Shown piece after piece: positions 39,373 to 52,835 of a stretch of DNA of 64,000 nucleotides (position 1 is the first letter of the stretch; every line of letters begins with the position of its first letter). A model generated the notes under the pieces. That model made no database searches. It was not told where the DNA came from and saw only the letters and a list, made by a program, of their open reading frames with translations. This stretch comes from the human T2T-CHM13v2.0 reference genome, Homo sapiens. The stretch is taken from NCBI RefSeq assembly GCF_009914755.1, contig NC_060934.1; one strand, given 5' to 3'. A program made the position numbers and the translations under genes.

Positions 39373-39477
39373 CTGGAAGAAGCTCTCCACGTGTTCCCTT
39401 GGGGCCTCCTCCCGGAGTGCAGGGTACGTGTACTTGCCCATCATGTCATAGATGGACTTCATGATGTCAAGCATTTC
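39373..39477 (-). CDS. KCNIP2: KCNIP2 exon 8 ([35 protein letters not shown]), 105 nt
   Basis: aacag|GAA...CAG|gtactt. Confidence 0.96.
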
Positions 39478-39634
39478 CTGTTAGGCCAAGAGAGAAGAGG
39501 ATCCTTCCTCAGAGCCTCCAGCCTCCCTTGATCCCTTGCTTGTGGGCATATGTGGGTCATATTTCCCTCCCATCACCCTCTGCACGCCACCCCCATCACC
39601 GCCACAGACCCCCAGCCCTTCAGTTGCCCTGCAC

Positions 39635-39742
39635 CTCCTTGGTGATGCAGCCGTCCTTGTTAAGGTCATACAGGTTGAAGGCCCAATTAAGCCTGTCATC
39701 TACAGTTCCCCGAAGAATCACGGACAAACCAGCCACAAAGTC
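39635..39742 (-). CDS. KCNIP2: KCNIP2 exon 7 ([36 protein letters not shown]), EF3, 108 nt
   Basis: cccag|GAC...GAG|gtgcag. Confidence 0.96.
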
Positions 39743-39872
39743 CTGGGAAGGAGGCAGGAGGGAGCTGTGTCCTCGGGTACTCTTCACCCAACTCCTTCTC
39801 TGGGTTTGGCCTGGAGATCCTGGCCCTGAACTCCAGGAAACAGGCTTCCCTGGCCCACCTCGCCCAGCTCAC

Positions 39873-39943
39873 CTCAAAACTGACCGAGCCATCATGGTTG
39901 GTGTCAAAGGCATTGAAGAGAAAAGTGGCATAGGTGCTGGAGT
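39873..39943 (-). CDS. KCNIP2: KCNIP2 exon 6 ([23 protein letters not shown]), EF2, 71 nt
   Basis: tgcag|ACT...GAG|gtgagc. Confidence 0.96.
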
Positions 39944-40110
39944 CTGCAGGGTGAGTGTGGAGAAGTTGGCTTCCACACAGGAGAGGACTTCCTCCCTCTA
40001 AGGAGCTCCCCATACCCCCCATCACCTTGGCATTCCCAGCTCCTCCAGAATCCCTCCCTCCCTCAGCCTAGAGAAGGACAACTGCTTCCCCTTGGGCCTT
40101 GTCCCCTCAC

Positions 40111-40180
40111 CTCCTTGAGGAAAGAACTGGGAGTAAATCTGCTTGAAGTTCTCCTCATTGACAATTCCGCTGGGACATTC
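40111..40180 (-). CDS. KCNIP2: KCNIP2 exon 5 ([23 protein letters not shown]), 70 nt; an alternative acceptor at 40201 adds PGALSFQ
   Basis: tccag|GAA...GAG|gtgagg; CPxG of the degenerate EF1. Confidence 0.95.
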
Positions 40181-40558
40181 CTGGAAGGAGAGGGCACCAG
40201 GCTGAGGGCAGAGACAAAATCCCCTTCCGTTCACCGCCCCCACCCTCCATGGCCCAAGACTCCCAGGGAGGGGGATAATCTTCAAGCCTCCAGAGGACTC
40301 ACCACGTGGCTCATGTGATGGGAGGGAAGACTTCTTTCCCAGTGCACAAATAAAAAACATGGAACGAAACTGACAGTCTACAGGCGCCACTTCCGTTCTG
40401 GCCCCGCCCCAGAACCTCCAGCTAGAAGTTCAGTCTCAGGGCCTTGCCTCCCTTCCGCCCACACCTCAAGCATCCAAGCCATGCTTTCTGGGAAGCTGTG
40501 GACCGGCTTGGGTCCTCCTGTCCCACCCTCGCTGAGTTTGGCCTCGCCTTGCACTCAC

Positions 40559-40683
40559 GTTCTTGAAGCCCCGGTACAGGACCTGCAACTCCTTGCGCGT
40601 GAATTTGGTTTGCTCCTGCAGCTGCTCCAGACCCTCAGGCCGGTGACACACGGTGGACAATTCAAATTCATCGTCCACGCTGT
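40559..40683 (-). CDS. KCNIP2: KCNIP2 exon 4 ([41 protein letters not shown]), 125 nt
   Basis: cgcag|ACA...AAC|gtgagt; start of the conserved NCS core. Confidence 0.96.
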
Positions 40684-41327
40684 CTGCGGGAGCGGTGAGG
40701 ACAGCCGCGCCTCAGGCCCAGCCTCCGCGACCCCTCTTCAAATCACTGCCCCATTCACCCCCTCCCCGCCCCCCGGTCCCATCCGATGCCGGAGACCAGG
40801 CTGCCAGTTCCCTGGGCCCCGAGCCAAGGACACTGAGGTAAGGAGAAAAGATGATGGCCATCTTCGAGGTCTATCAGCGGGCCAAGGCCTGGCCTGGCCC
40901 CAGAGCCAGGGATCCGACTCAGTGCTCGCCCCGCGGCCCTCGATCCCTCGTTGGAGGGGAAGGCCCCCAGCCGCATCTTCGTTTTAGAAAGGGAGGAGTG
41001 GGAAAAGCCAGTTCAAGAGGGGGCGTCTGAGGGTCAGAGCTCCGGGCCTTCGGGGACCAACTCAGATCCGCCCAGCCCCAGCCTTGCCCCGCCCAAACCC
41101 TCCCCTCGTCCCACCCAGCCCCTCCCCTCGCCCCGCCCAGCCCCATCTATCCCAGCCATGCCTGAGCCATGCCCCGCCCAGCTCAGCCAACCTCCATCCA
41201 GACCCCACCCCCGGCCCCATCTCAATCCTGCCCCGCCCCCAACGTCCAGCCCCCAGGCAAGTGCCCCCCACCCCAAGATGGCAAAGCCGCCCTGCCCCGC
41301 CCCGCCCCCACCAGGAGCGTAAGTCAC

Positions 41328-41381
41328 CTGGGTCCAGCAGGCGGGGTCTGTGGGGGCGGAGGGAGGCTGGGGCGGCTAATG
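41328..41381 (-). CDS. KCNIP2: KCNIP2 exon 3 (LAAPASLRPHRPRLLDP), 54 nt; an alternative acceptor at 41426 adds 45 nt (GRVFRFLGDSSLPSA)
   Basis: ttcag|CAT and tgcag|TTG acceptors; donor CAG|gtgact; ORF 41062..41436. Confidence 0.9.
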
Positions 41382-42163
41382 CTGAAGGGAGCGAACTGTC
41401 ACCGAGAAAGCGGAAGACCCGGCCAACTGCAGACACACACCTGGCCCCTCACACTCAGAGCAAACCTCACAACCCAGCCCGTGCAAAGGCACACCCAACC
41501 AGCACAGACACACACGAAACGGACCCCATGCACACAAGCTTGCGGGACTCACGCCTGTCCTTTTCCGAATCCACCCCCGTGTGGGACCCATCTAAGTCCA
41601 ACACAACAGCATGCTCAAATAACTACAAAGCGGGCCTTTATGGTTTGCAAAATGCAGTATGATCCTATGAGGTGGGCAAGGCCCAACTGAGGAAATGGAG
41701 ACCTAGAGACAAAGCGAGGTCACTCAACTGGAGATCACTCAGCAGGGGACCAGGCTGGCACAGAAAACCCAAATACCCTGGCGTCTGGAGGAGGGCAGGC
41801 GCCATCCTCTACACCTGTCACCATCCTGTCGGGGCATAGGCAACACACATCAGGGGTCCAAAACACGGTGGGGAAGGGGGCGGCCGCACGGAGTTGAAGA
41901 CACTAACCCAGCTAAGCCACATACAGACCCTCACGGCCGCCTGGTCTACACAGGCCGCCACAGCTACACAGGCTCAGGCCTCAGCCTGGTCACAATGGTC
42001 ACACCCACACTCTCGGGTCCCACAGTTTTGCGGGAGCGGTGACACACACCCGCTCCCAACTGACCACGCCCACACACGCTGGCTTCAGCCGCACACGCAC
42101 ACAGTAGCCACGCCCCCTTATGCTCCAGCCTTGCCAGCACCCGCCCTCGCCACGCTGGTCACG

Positions 42164-42164
<1 letters not shown>

Positions 42165-42202
<38 letters not shown>

Positions 42203-42525
42203 GCAGGCCTGGGGCACGCCCCTCCCCCACACGCAGGCGTGCGGCACGCCTCCCCATACACACACACACGCGCGCGGGCCTGGGGCACGCCCTCCACACA
42301 CATGCAGGGGTAGGGCACGCCCCCCCACACACACACGCCGGCCTGGGGCACGCTCGCGCGCACATGCACACACATACACACGCACAGGCCTGGGGCAGGC
42401 CCCACCCCCACACACGCAGGCCTGGGGCACGCCCCCCCACACATGCAGGCCTGGAGCATGCGCACACTCGCAGGCCTGGGGCACACGCGCACACACTCAT
42501 GCACAGACACGCACGCACACATCGA
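42165..42525. repeat. Compound (CA)n and about 9 degenerate CAGGCCTGGGGCACGCCCC-CACAC minisatellite units in KCNIP2 intron 2
   Basis: Core ggcctggggca (or variant) recurs at about 42207, 42278, 42340, 42387, 42419, 42448, 42473. Confidence 0.9.
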
Positions 42526-42559
42526 GCCCCGCCCCCGGAAGCACATGAGAGGCACTTGC

Positions 42560-42655
42560 TTTCACTGACTGAGGGCAGGGCTTGGGGCCCGCAGCACGGC
42601 AGCAGCTTGAGGAATCGCTGCTTCAGCGCTTTTTTAGTGGGCCCTGGAGGGTGGC
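42560..42655 (-). CDS. KCNIP2: KCNIP2 exon 2 ([31 protein letters not shown]), 96 nt, GC donor
   Basis: cccag|GCC...GAAA|gcaagt; the frame requires the GC donor; CC palmitoylation motif. Confidence 0.93.
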
Positions 42656-43780
42656 CTGGGAAGAGAGAAGACCCCAGGAAGGCACATTAACTCCCATTGT
42701 CCCTCTGTTCCCTGTCCCCTCCCCGCCAGTCACAAATCAACCCCATCTGGGGACCGGGCTGGGGGAGGAATTAAGGGGAGGAAAGGAATGGCAAGGGTGG
42801 TTGGAATCGGGTTAGGGGAGCCCAGTGAGTCCATAGAGGTGAGGCTCAGGCACTTGGTTTAATGGGACGTGGCCGGTGACAGCGAGGCGGCAAGGATGAG
42901 GTGGCAGTGGCCTCAGTGTCTTTGCTGACCTAGTACCCTTGGCTCAAGTGCCATGGCTGGACCTCTCAGGATGATGTCCAACCCAAGGATTGCCTGGGTA
43001 AGAACACCTCTCTCATACACACACCTACAGTGACAGGCGTGTATAGTGACATGTAGAACAATACATCACAGTGATGGGTGCCAGTGACAGCTTGATATCC
43101 AGTAACTCACACCTGATGGCGTAATATGCATGCTCACACACACACACACAATGACCTGCTAACTCCTTAACACAAACATATACAAATGTGACCTAAGTAA
43201 AACAGGATGCATACACATGGAGACCCATATAGGCCATCTCACACACAGCATGATCAAACCACACAAGAACACACAATGCCTCTGGGACATCATGACATGT
43301 GAGTCTACAAAGAACACTATGACATTGTGACCTTATAACATTATGAGACATATCAAGGTTGTCATGACACATATCCATATCATACTGTGACCTGGGTCCC
43401 CATGGCACCCAGATATCTAAGGCTGTACCTCAATACCTCACCCACAGAGGCTTCATTTTTCCTGGGTACACCCACTTTTCTTTCCTGTAACCCCTCCTCA
43501 TTCCAAGGTGCCCAGAATCTTTCTGCCAAAGGGCAGGGTTCCTCATCAGCTAACTCATCTACCCTAAACTGTGGCCCCTTCACAGTCTCTTCCAGTATGG
43601 CTTGCTCTTTGAGGGTGAAATAATAGTAAACTTTGTGGCAATAAGAGATCTTGGAGGCGAGTATTCTGGTGTATTGTGGGGCTATCCATGGCCCACTGAT
43701 CATGGCTCCCCTTCCCCTCTTCTCCCTTATTTCTGCACATGCTCTACAGCTCTAATTGCACCCCCAGAGGACCCTCAGTG

Positions 43781-43784
<4 letters not shown>

Positions 43785-43828
<44 letters not shown>
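43785..43828. repeat. (TG)22 microsatellite
   Basis: Perfect dinucleotide run. Confidence 0.95.
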
Positions 43829-43830
<2 letters not shown>

Positions 43831-45754
43831 TGTGTCTCCCAGCTGCACTGCATCCAGATTCCTGGATCAGATCCCACTGGATCTGACACAGTGACTAAAG
43901 TTGGCCTCAGTCCATTCCTGGAGGGGTCCAACTTCCTTTAGTTAAAGGTTACTCCCCCTCCATATACCCCACCCTCCCAATCCAGGCTTCACCCTCCAGA
44001 TCAGGCCCTGTTCTCAGGAGGTGACTGGGTGAGTAACCACCTCCTCTCCTTCAACACATCCTTACCTCCCTCCCACCCCAGGAGCCATGGAGAGGTGGGA
44101 GGGAGGCAGTGGGCCAGGCAGGGGGATCGATGGCATTCCTGGCCTCTGGCCCAGGGCTCCATTAGCCTGGACTCTAGTTTCCCAAAGCTGGATTGCGCCT
44201 GGGGCCTCCAATGGTGTAGTTGCCCGACTCGGGGGTGGCTCTCCTGCCCCCCACCCCAGCCCCCTACCTGCTTCTAAGCCTCTGTCTCCTCTAAAGGTGA
44301 GAACAGAATGGCTGCCTTCAGCCCAAGACTCCTGGGATTTCCAGATGCCCTCTCTTCCCCCTTTCCCATCTAAAAGGAATGGCAAGTTAGAGCTCAATCA
44401 ACTTCACCTTTTCCAGATTGAATGAGAACAAGCTCAGCCCAGCTGTCCCAGTTTATCTAGGTCCAACTCCCTGTTCCCCACTCCACCCCAATAAATGCAG
44501 CAGAGGATGGAGGGTGAGCTAGGAGTTTTCTGCTCTTACTGAACCCTAGAGCAGGCAATTCATGCACCTTCCTCTTGTTCCCAGTTTCCTTCATATTTTT
44601 CCAGTTCTTCCAGGTATCTACCCTGCAGTCCTCCATCATGGTTCTAGTCTGTCTTCCTGTCCCTGGTGGTACTGGGGAACAGCCATGCTACGGAGTTACA
44701 CAGTTCTAGCCGTGAAGAGGAGGGAGAGGTCAAAACTCCCAAGGGGGAGGCAGAAGTGCTCCCCACTCCACCCCAATATTACTCTCCCTACTGACTTTGG
44801 GGTGGGCTGGGGAGGGGAGTTGATTTTCCACTCCCAATGTCTAGGCCCTGGAGATCACTCTGCACTTGGATCCTGATAGGAGCTTGGAGAGGCAAGGGGA
44901 CTTGGGAAGCAGGGTCCCTGATCTGATCCACTCCTCATCCCCAATCATAGCTGGGCTATAAATGTCTCCTTCACAATGTTCACACTCTTCCCTCCAGAAC
45001 CCACCTCCTCCCAAGCCTTGGGTATGGAGCTGGTATATCCTCAGGAAATTCTGGAAACAGCCACATGCACAACCTGATACCCAGAGGCTCAGCCACATAC
45101 TGTGCCACTCAGGCCTGGCCACATCCACCTTCTCACAAAGCCACATGCCCTGTCACTCTCACACATACAGTCATATCCCTGTCCCATACACAGGCTCACA
45201 GTTACACACTTTGTACTCTCTCACATACAGGAACACAAAGTCACACCCTGTGTCTCTCACACACTATGCCCACACACCCCATAAGCTACACTGCACAGAT
45301 GGAGGTGTGGAGAGGATGCACAGGCACCGTGGTGGGCCCCTGACTCCAAAAAGGACCCCCCAGAAATCCGTTGTTATCTCAGGATCCCTAGAACCTCCCT
45401 CCTCTACTCTAGACACTCCTTCCCTATCTCCAGACCCCTCCTGGTATCGCCCAGAATCCCCTCACCTCCTCATCTCCACACCCCAGTCCTCCCACACTGC
45501 ACCCCTCATCACCTCCTGACACCTTGGTCCCCCAGATTCCCTCCTCCCTCCATATCTACTCCTTGAGGCCTCCTCTTCACCCCTCCCAGATGTTGTATCC
45601 CCCAAGCACCCCTACTCACCTCCCAGATCCCTGTGCCATCACTCACCTGCTCATCCCTGCCCCAGTCATGAAGACAGACAAACACCCTCCCTAGTGCTGT
45701 GGGGCAGCTGCCCCACCAGCCAGCAGCTCAGACATGCCAGGACACCTGGATTAC

Positions 45755-45857
45755 CTTCCAAGGAGACAGGCTCAAAGAGGCCAAACTGCTCCAGGACCTT
45801 GACAAACAGAGCGAGGACCACGAGCACAGCAACCATCTCCAGCCCTTCCAGGTTCAT
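45755..45857 (-). CDS. KCNIP2: KCNIP2 alternative first exon, KChIP2x transmembrane/KIS-like N-terminus (MNLEGLEMVAVLVVLALFVKVLEQFGLFEPVSLE), 103 nt
   Basis: Paralogous to the KChIP4a KIS domain; cccaccATG; donor AAG|gtaatc; phase 1. Confidence 0.9.
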
Positions 45858-47239
45858 GGTGGGCCTGGGGCATGGCCCCTACAGGGCCCAGGTTCAGATA
45901 CGCCGGTTCACCGCCTCACACCACCTCCCCCTCAGACTCCCCAGCCTGAGTAGGACTGCCTGCAGCCTCCCTCCCACTCTCCCTCCCAGGATCTCCTTCC
46001 TCTCCCCCATCACCCCGCCTCTGCCCCACAAGCCTCCCAACCACAGCCGCCGCCTCTTCCTCTTCGCAGGGCCACCTCAGCCTTTGGACTGGCACCTCCT
46101 TGGGAACTTTTGGCCAAGATATGGGCCAGAGGGAGGGAGCAGTGACCCGCCTCTGTCCCTGAGAAGTGCTTCCCCTAGACATCCTGTGGCTACTCTGTGC
46201 CAAAGGGAAGGGGCAGAGGGAGGAGCTGAGCTTAGGGAGAAGGCAGGGAAGGGCAGGGTGTATGTGCATGAGAAACCACCATCTGCACATGTATAAGTAA
46301 TCAGATGCATGGGTCAGAATATGTTGTGGTGGCCAGGTGTTTTCCTGTGTGTATATTCCTGTGTTTGTCAGTATGGCAGTGCATATGTCTCCTCTTATGT
46401 GTGTCTTTGTGTGCTTACACGTGACTGTGCACCTGTCACAGAGGTGTGTGTTTGGCGTATGGTTATGCATTTTGACTCTTGCGTATATGGGTATGTGAGC
46501 TGGGTGTCTATGGTCTGCATGTGTAGGAGTGTGTTGAAGTATTTGTGAGTGTGCATGGGGAGTGAGGTTCCTGTGTTTTAGTAGGGTTGTAGGATGTGGG
46601 TCTGAAGTTTGTTAGGTATGGATGTGTTGTATAATTTGGAGGGTGGGTCTACTGTTTTGTCATTGTATTGGCATGGAATTGTATGAGAATAATGGCGGAG
46701 AAGGCAGTGACCTCTCCTGCTAGGAGGATATCACCAATATCGATTTGGTTGCCATGGAGACTGTGAGGAGGGAAGCACTCTCTTCCCACAGGCCACAGGC
46801 AGTGAAACTGAGGCCCAAGGGAGGGGGGATAAGATACAGTAGTAGCCTAGGCAGAAAAAGGCCACTTAACCCCATCAGGACCCTCTGGGGAGGGGACTTA
46901 CTGCAGCTGCCTTTGGGGTCAAGAAACCCAAGCTTCTTGGGAGAGGAGGGGGGACTGTGCTGGCTCCGTATGTGGCTGGGACCTCATCCGGGAGATGCTA
47001 AAGCCCTGCCTGCTCCTTAGGAACTGTTATTGAGCTGATGGAGAAGCCCAGCTGCTGTAGGAGGGAAATCTGAACCTTCTAAGGGAGCCACCCCTCCCAG
47101 CCAGCATCCCCGGAGTCCCTCCCTCCTCTTCCCTGCTTCTTCTTGGTGGGGTGTTTGTGTGTGTAAAGGGGTGGGGAGAGGCCTACAGAGCCAATGAGCC
47201 ACAAGACTAGGGCCTCTGGGTTAGTAACACCATTACTAC

Positions 47240-49180
<1,941 letters not shown>

Positions 49181-51240
49181 GAGTTGTTTAACCAGAGTCA
49201 GTGATCTGTCAGCTCCCTCAGGCAGTCTCTCCAATATGTGCGGGGTGTCAAGGAATCCTAGGGCCTACAGCTTAGTTTAGGTAAGGGAGCTATGGGTAAT
49301 AAAATCAAAAAGGGTCAAATTCCATGAAACCTTGAATGCCAAGCCAGACTATTTGAATGGAAAGGGGCCCCACAACAGCCCCTTCTTGCTCCCTGCTACT
49401 GATAACTTGCAGCCAGTTGCCCTGGACCTGGCCCTGGCCCTGGCCCCTCCTTTTCCTAACTCCCACTCTCAACTCTCAGAGACCTTGACCCAGCCTTGCC
49501 AGGACTCATGGTCCTAAATCAGCCAGGCATCCTGTGGCAGAGTCTGTCAGGAGTGAAAGGATGAGTTATTTTTCCAGGCTGTCCCTTCTCCCCACTCAGA
49601 GACTTCTCAAGTCCTCGGGTTCAGTGAGAAACTTGCCAGATCCATCCTCCCCAAGCATCCCTGTGCCACGAATTTAGCTCTTCACTCAAAGTAAAATCTC
49701 TGTGGAAGCAATTTGGCAGAGTGGGAACTCAAGGGAAAACCATCTCGAGGCATGAGGTGGGCCTTCCCCAGATCCCTCAAATCTTACCACAGAGATATTC
49801 CTATCATTTATTTATTTATCTCCCCCAGTTCAAATGTGAGTAACACTGCCTTGTGGGGGAACCCACTCTATGCAACTGTCCCACCTTCCCCAGTTTAGCT
49901 TTGTCCCACCCCCCACCGCCACTGTTAACCCAGCCAGTGAAGACCTCAAAGCCCTTCTCTCAGTCCCCCAGACCCACACCATTCCCAGCTAGGCCAAAGA
50001 CACTGCAGCCCCCAGCTGCATCGAGTGATTAATGACCTCCCTAGACGTTGGGGCTATTTTGGGTCCTGGAAGTCATGCCTGCAATGACTGAGAGCTGGCC
50101 CTGCCTGGCTCCAGCCATCTGTCACTGGAGACAGGCCCAAGCAGGGGGCTTGGAGGTTGTATGCTCCCCAGAAGATTTCCAGGTATGGTTCTGGCTCAGG
50201 ACCATCCATCTACCCTCCTTTTGGGGGACAGATGGCAAGGAGAGGCCACAGGCCCTATCTATACTCCAGGGGCTCAAGTGGATACCCATGGAGAGAGCCA
50301 GAAAATGACAGATCTCAGAATGCCACAGGACCAGGTTGTTTTGGTCTGTTTGAGGTCAGGTACAGAGGAGACGTTGCATTCTATGGGCCCTGCCCAAGCA
50401 GTCATAAGGAAATGCAAGTGGAGATGTGCATACACCTCAGCAGTGCCGTGGGATACTCAACAATCCACACCTCATACACTCCACAAATTTCACACCAAGG
50501 TACAACCTCACGAAGGCTACACAACCAACTTAGAGGCTCAGGAACCCTCAACCCAGTCCTAAAGTACAGAACTCCAGGTACACACAGTCTCAGTGTCACA
50601 GAATCCCAGTGATCACAACCCCAGGGAGACACAGACTCAGCCATACATAGCCCAGTGATGCACAACTTAGTAATGCACAATCCCATTAATACACACTCCC
50701 AGAGAGAGAGAAAACAGAGACATACAATCCTTAAGCCACACAAGTCTATCAGTCCCATGTCATGTATGAACTTGCTAGCTGAGTTCATGTTGGTCTAGGC
50801 CCATCTCAGGGTTTTTTCCTTCTGGACACTGAACCCTTCATCTTAAGACCCCTTCAGCCAAGAAATGCAGGAAAGGACTGAACTTTTTCCCTGCTCTGCT
50901 GCAGGCCTCCTCCTTTCATCCCTGGGAGGCGCCCTGCCCCTCAGTTAAGGCCCCCTCCTCTGCCTTCGGTGAGAAGCCCCGCCCCCTCCACCATTGTGAG
51001 GGACCTTGATGCCCCTCTCCTTTCCTCTTTGAAGAGCGCTGTCTTCCTCCTGCTCAGTAAGGAGGCCCATCCCCTGCTCCGCTTCTGTCCAGGATCTCGT
51101 CTTGGAAGCCCTTTCCTTGGAGGGATGTTGCTCCCTCCATCTATTTGAGGGGCCCTTCCCTCCCTACCTCTGCGGAGCTCCTAACCCACTTCGCTCACTT
51201 TTTGAAGGATCCTGCCCCTCCCTTCCCTTCCTCATCATAC

Positions 51241-51328
51241 CTGGGGACAGCGACCCAGTCACCAGCTGGTAGAGGGATCGCGCTGCCTGCCCCAGCGGGC
51301 TCCGGCACCTGCGGGGGCATCGGTTCAT
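51241..51328 (-). CDS. KCNIP2: KCNIP2 alternative first exon (MNRCPRRCRSPLGQAARSLYQLVTGSLSP), 88 nt
   Basis: accATGa context; donor CAG|gtatga; phase 1 like exon 1a; lies in its own CpG-rich region. Confidence 0.85.
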
Positions 51329-52814
51329 GGTTTGGCGGCGAGCTCGGCGTCTAAGCTCCACCCCCAGGCCCCGGGGCGGTCCGGTCTCCGCCCTCACCCG
51401 GGTAGGCCCGCGTGGGCGGCGCGGGAGGGCCGGCCCGGCAGGCATAGGATCGAAACCCTGGAGCCTTCCCATGTTCTCCTGGCCGCACGAGAGGAGCTCA
51501 CCCTGGCCCCATCATGTGAAGCAGCCGCCCCCAAAGTTCCTGGACGGGGGGGGGGGGGGTGGCGGGGAGGGGCGGCGCGGACTCAGCCTTCTCAGGGAGC
51601 ATTTTTCTGGGTTCTGGCGGGGAGGCCAGGCAGGCACATGTGGGTTTTGAGAAAAGAGCTGGATGGGGAATGAACCGTATCTTTTATTGCCCCCTTTCAG
51701 CCCCCCTTTCTCCGCCTGTCGCACTCCTCCCCGCACCCTGCACCCCGCCCCCACCATTTTGGCATAAAGAGCCGAAGGGGTAAGAGGACAGAGTTGTCAT
51801 GGCAACTCCCCACACTTCCTGGGCCAATGGAAGAAAGCCAGGAGGAAGGAGAAAGAGGCCAGTGTATTGGGGTGGCAAAGAAGAGGCAGCAGAGTTGTGC
51901 CCCACTGCCTTCTGTCTCCTGGCTCCAAATTCCTTGCTCTCATAACTGTTTCTATTTGTGTTTGTCTCGGTGCGGCAGGTTCACAGACTACCACCATACG
52001 CTGGCTACAGCCGAATGCTTCGAGAAGAGCCCCCCCCGCACCCCCCCCCACTTCGGTCCCGCTGCGCCCCTTTCCTGGACTCCGGACTCATCTCTATCAG
52101 GTTAGACCCCAAGTAAACACTTCCAGGACTCTCTAACGCCTTAAAATTCCTGGGAAAGCCTACGGGAGAGATATAGTCCCGCTCTTTCGACTGGGATCCC
52201 GCATGATTGGTTGAAAACCCTACATTTAAGTGGTGAGAATGACCTCCTAACTCTGGGCAAATCTTGTCCACTTGACGGCGACTATCCCCACCGCAAAGCA
52301 GCTCCGTGCGCATGGCTCCTCGCAGCCACACGGGGGCGCCCCCGCCCCGGCAACAATACTCAGGGCCGGAGGGACTCCACTGAGATCCCAGTCGGGGGAC
52401 CGAGCTCAGGGCTAGCCAGCCAGGCTCCAACCCTCTCCGCATCTTCTCTTGGCCTTTCTCTCTTCCGCTCAGACAGGGCCGCTGCTAAACGCGGCCTTTC
52501 CCCTCGGAACCGCACTGCCCAGCGGCCCCGCCGGGCTGGGAAGACCTGAGGGATTAGACAGGGGTCCGGGCGGGGCTCGGACTGTTTTTTGTTTTGTTTT
52601 GTTTTCCTAAAGAGTCTCTCCCAGCTCCCTTTTGAGCTTGGGGTGGGAGTGGGGAAGTAAAATGTTCGGAGGTACCCAGGATGCCCTGAGGTGTAACTTT
52701 CCAGCTGCTTCCCTGCAAGCCTGATGGGCCGGGAAGACGGGAGCTGCAGACTACCCTAAATCCGATCCCAGGAATCCCAACTGCAGGGAAGGGGAGGCGA
52801 AGCCTGGCGCGCGC

Positions 52815-52835
52815 TTCAGCACCGCGGACAACGAC
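52815..52835 (+). promoter_or_regulatory. REST/NRSF RE1 element TTCAGCACCGCGGACAACGAC
   Basis: 18/21 identity to the consensus TTCAGCACCACGGACAGCGCC. Confidence 0.8.

Noticed and set aside
42200-42490. Repeat-spacer-like periodicity resembling a CRISPR array
   Set aside because: The spacers are low-complexity CA/C runs, the locus is human, and there are no cas genes; it is a minisatellite
41894-42690. Several 108-165 aa ORFs rich in HT/CV/AC repeats
   Set aside because: Artefacts of the CA/TG minisatellite
43852-43886. Two adjacent short hairpins (6- and 8-bp stems) after the TG repeat
   Set aside because: Too short to distinguish from chance
44962-46548. 184-200 aa ORFs around the KChIP2x exon
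   Set aside because: Low-complexity CA/CT-rich sequence with no domain or splice support
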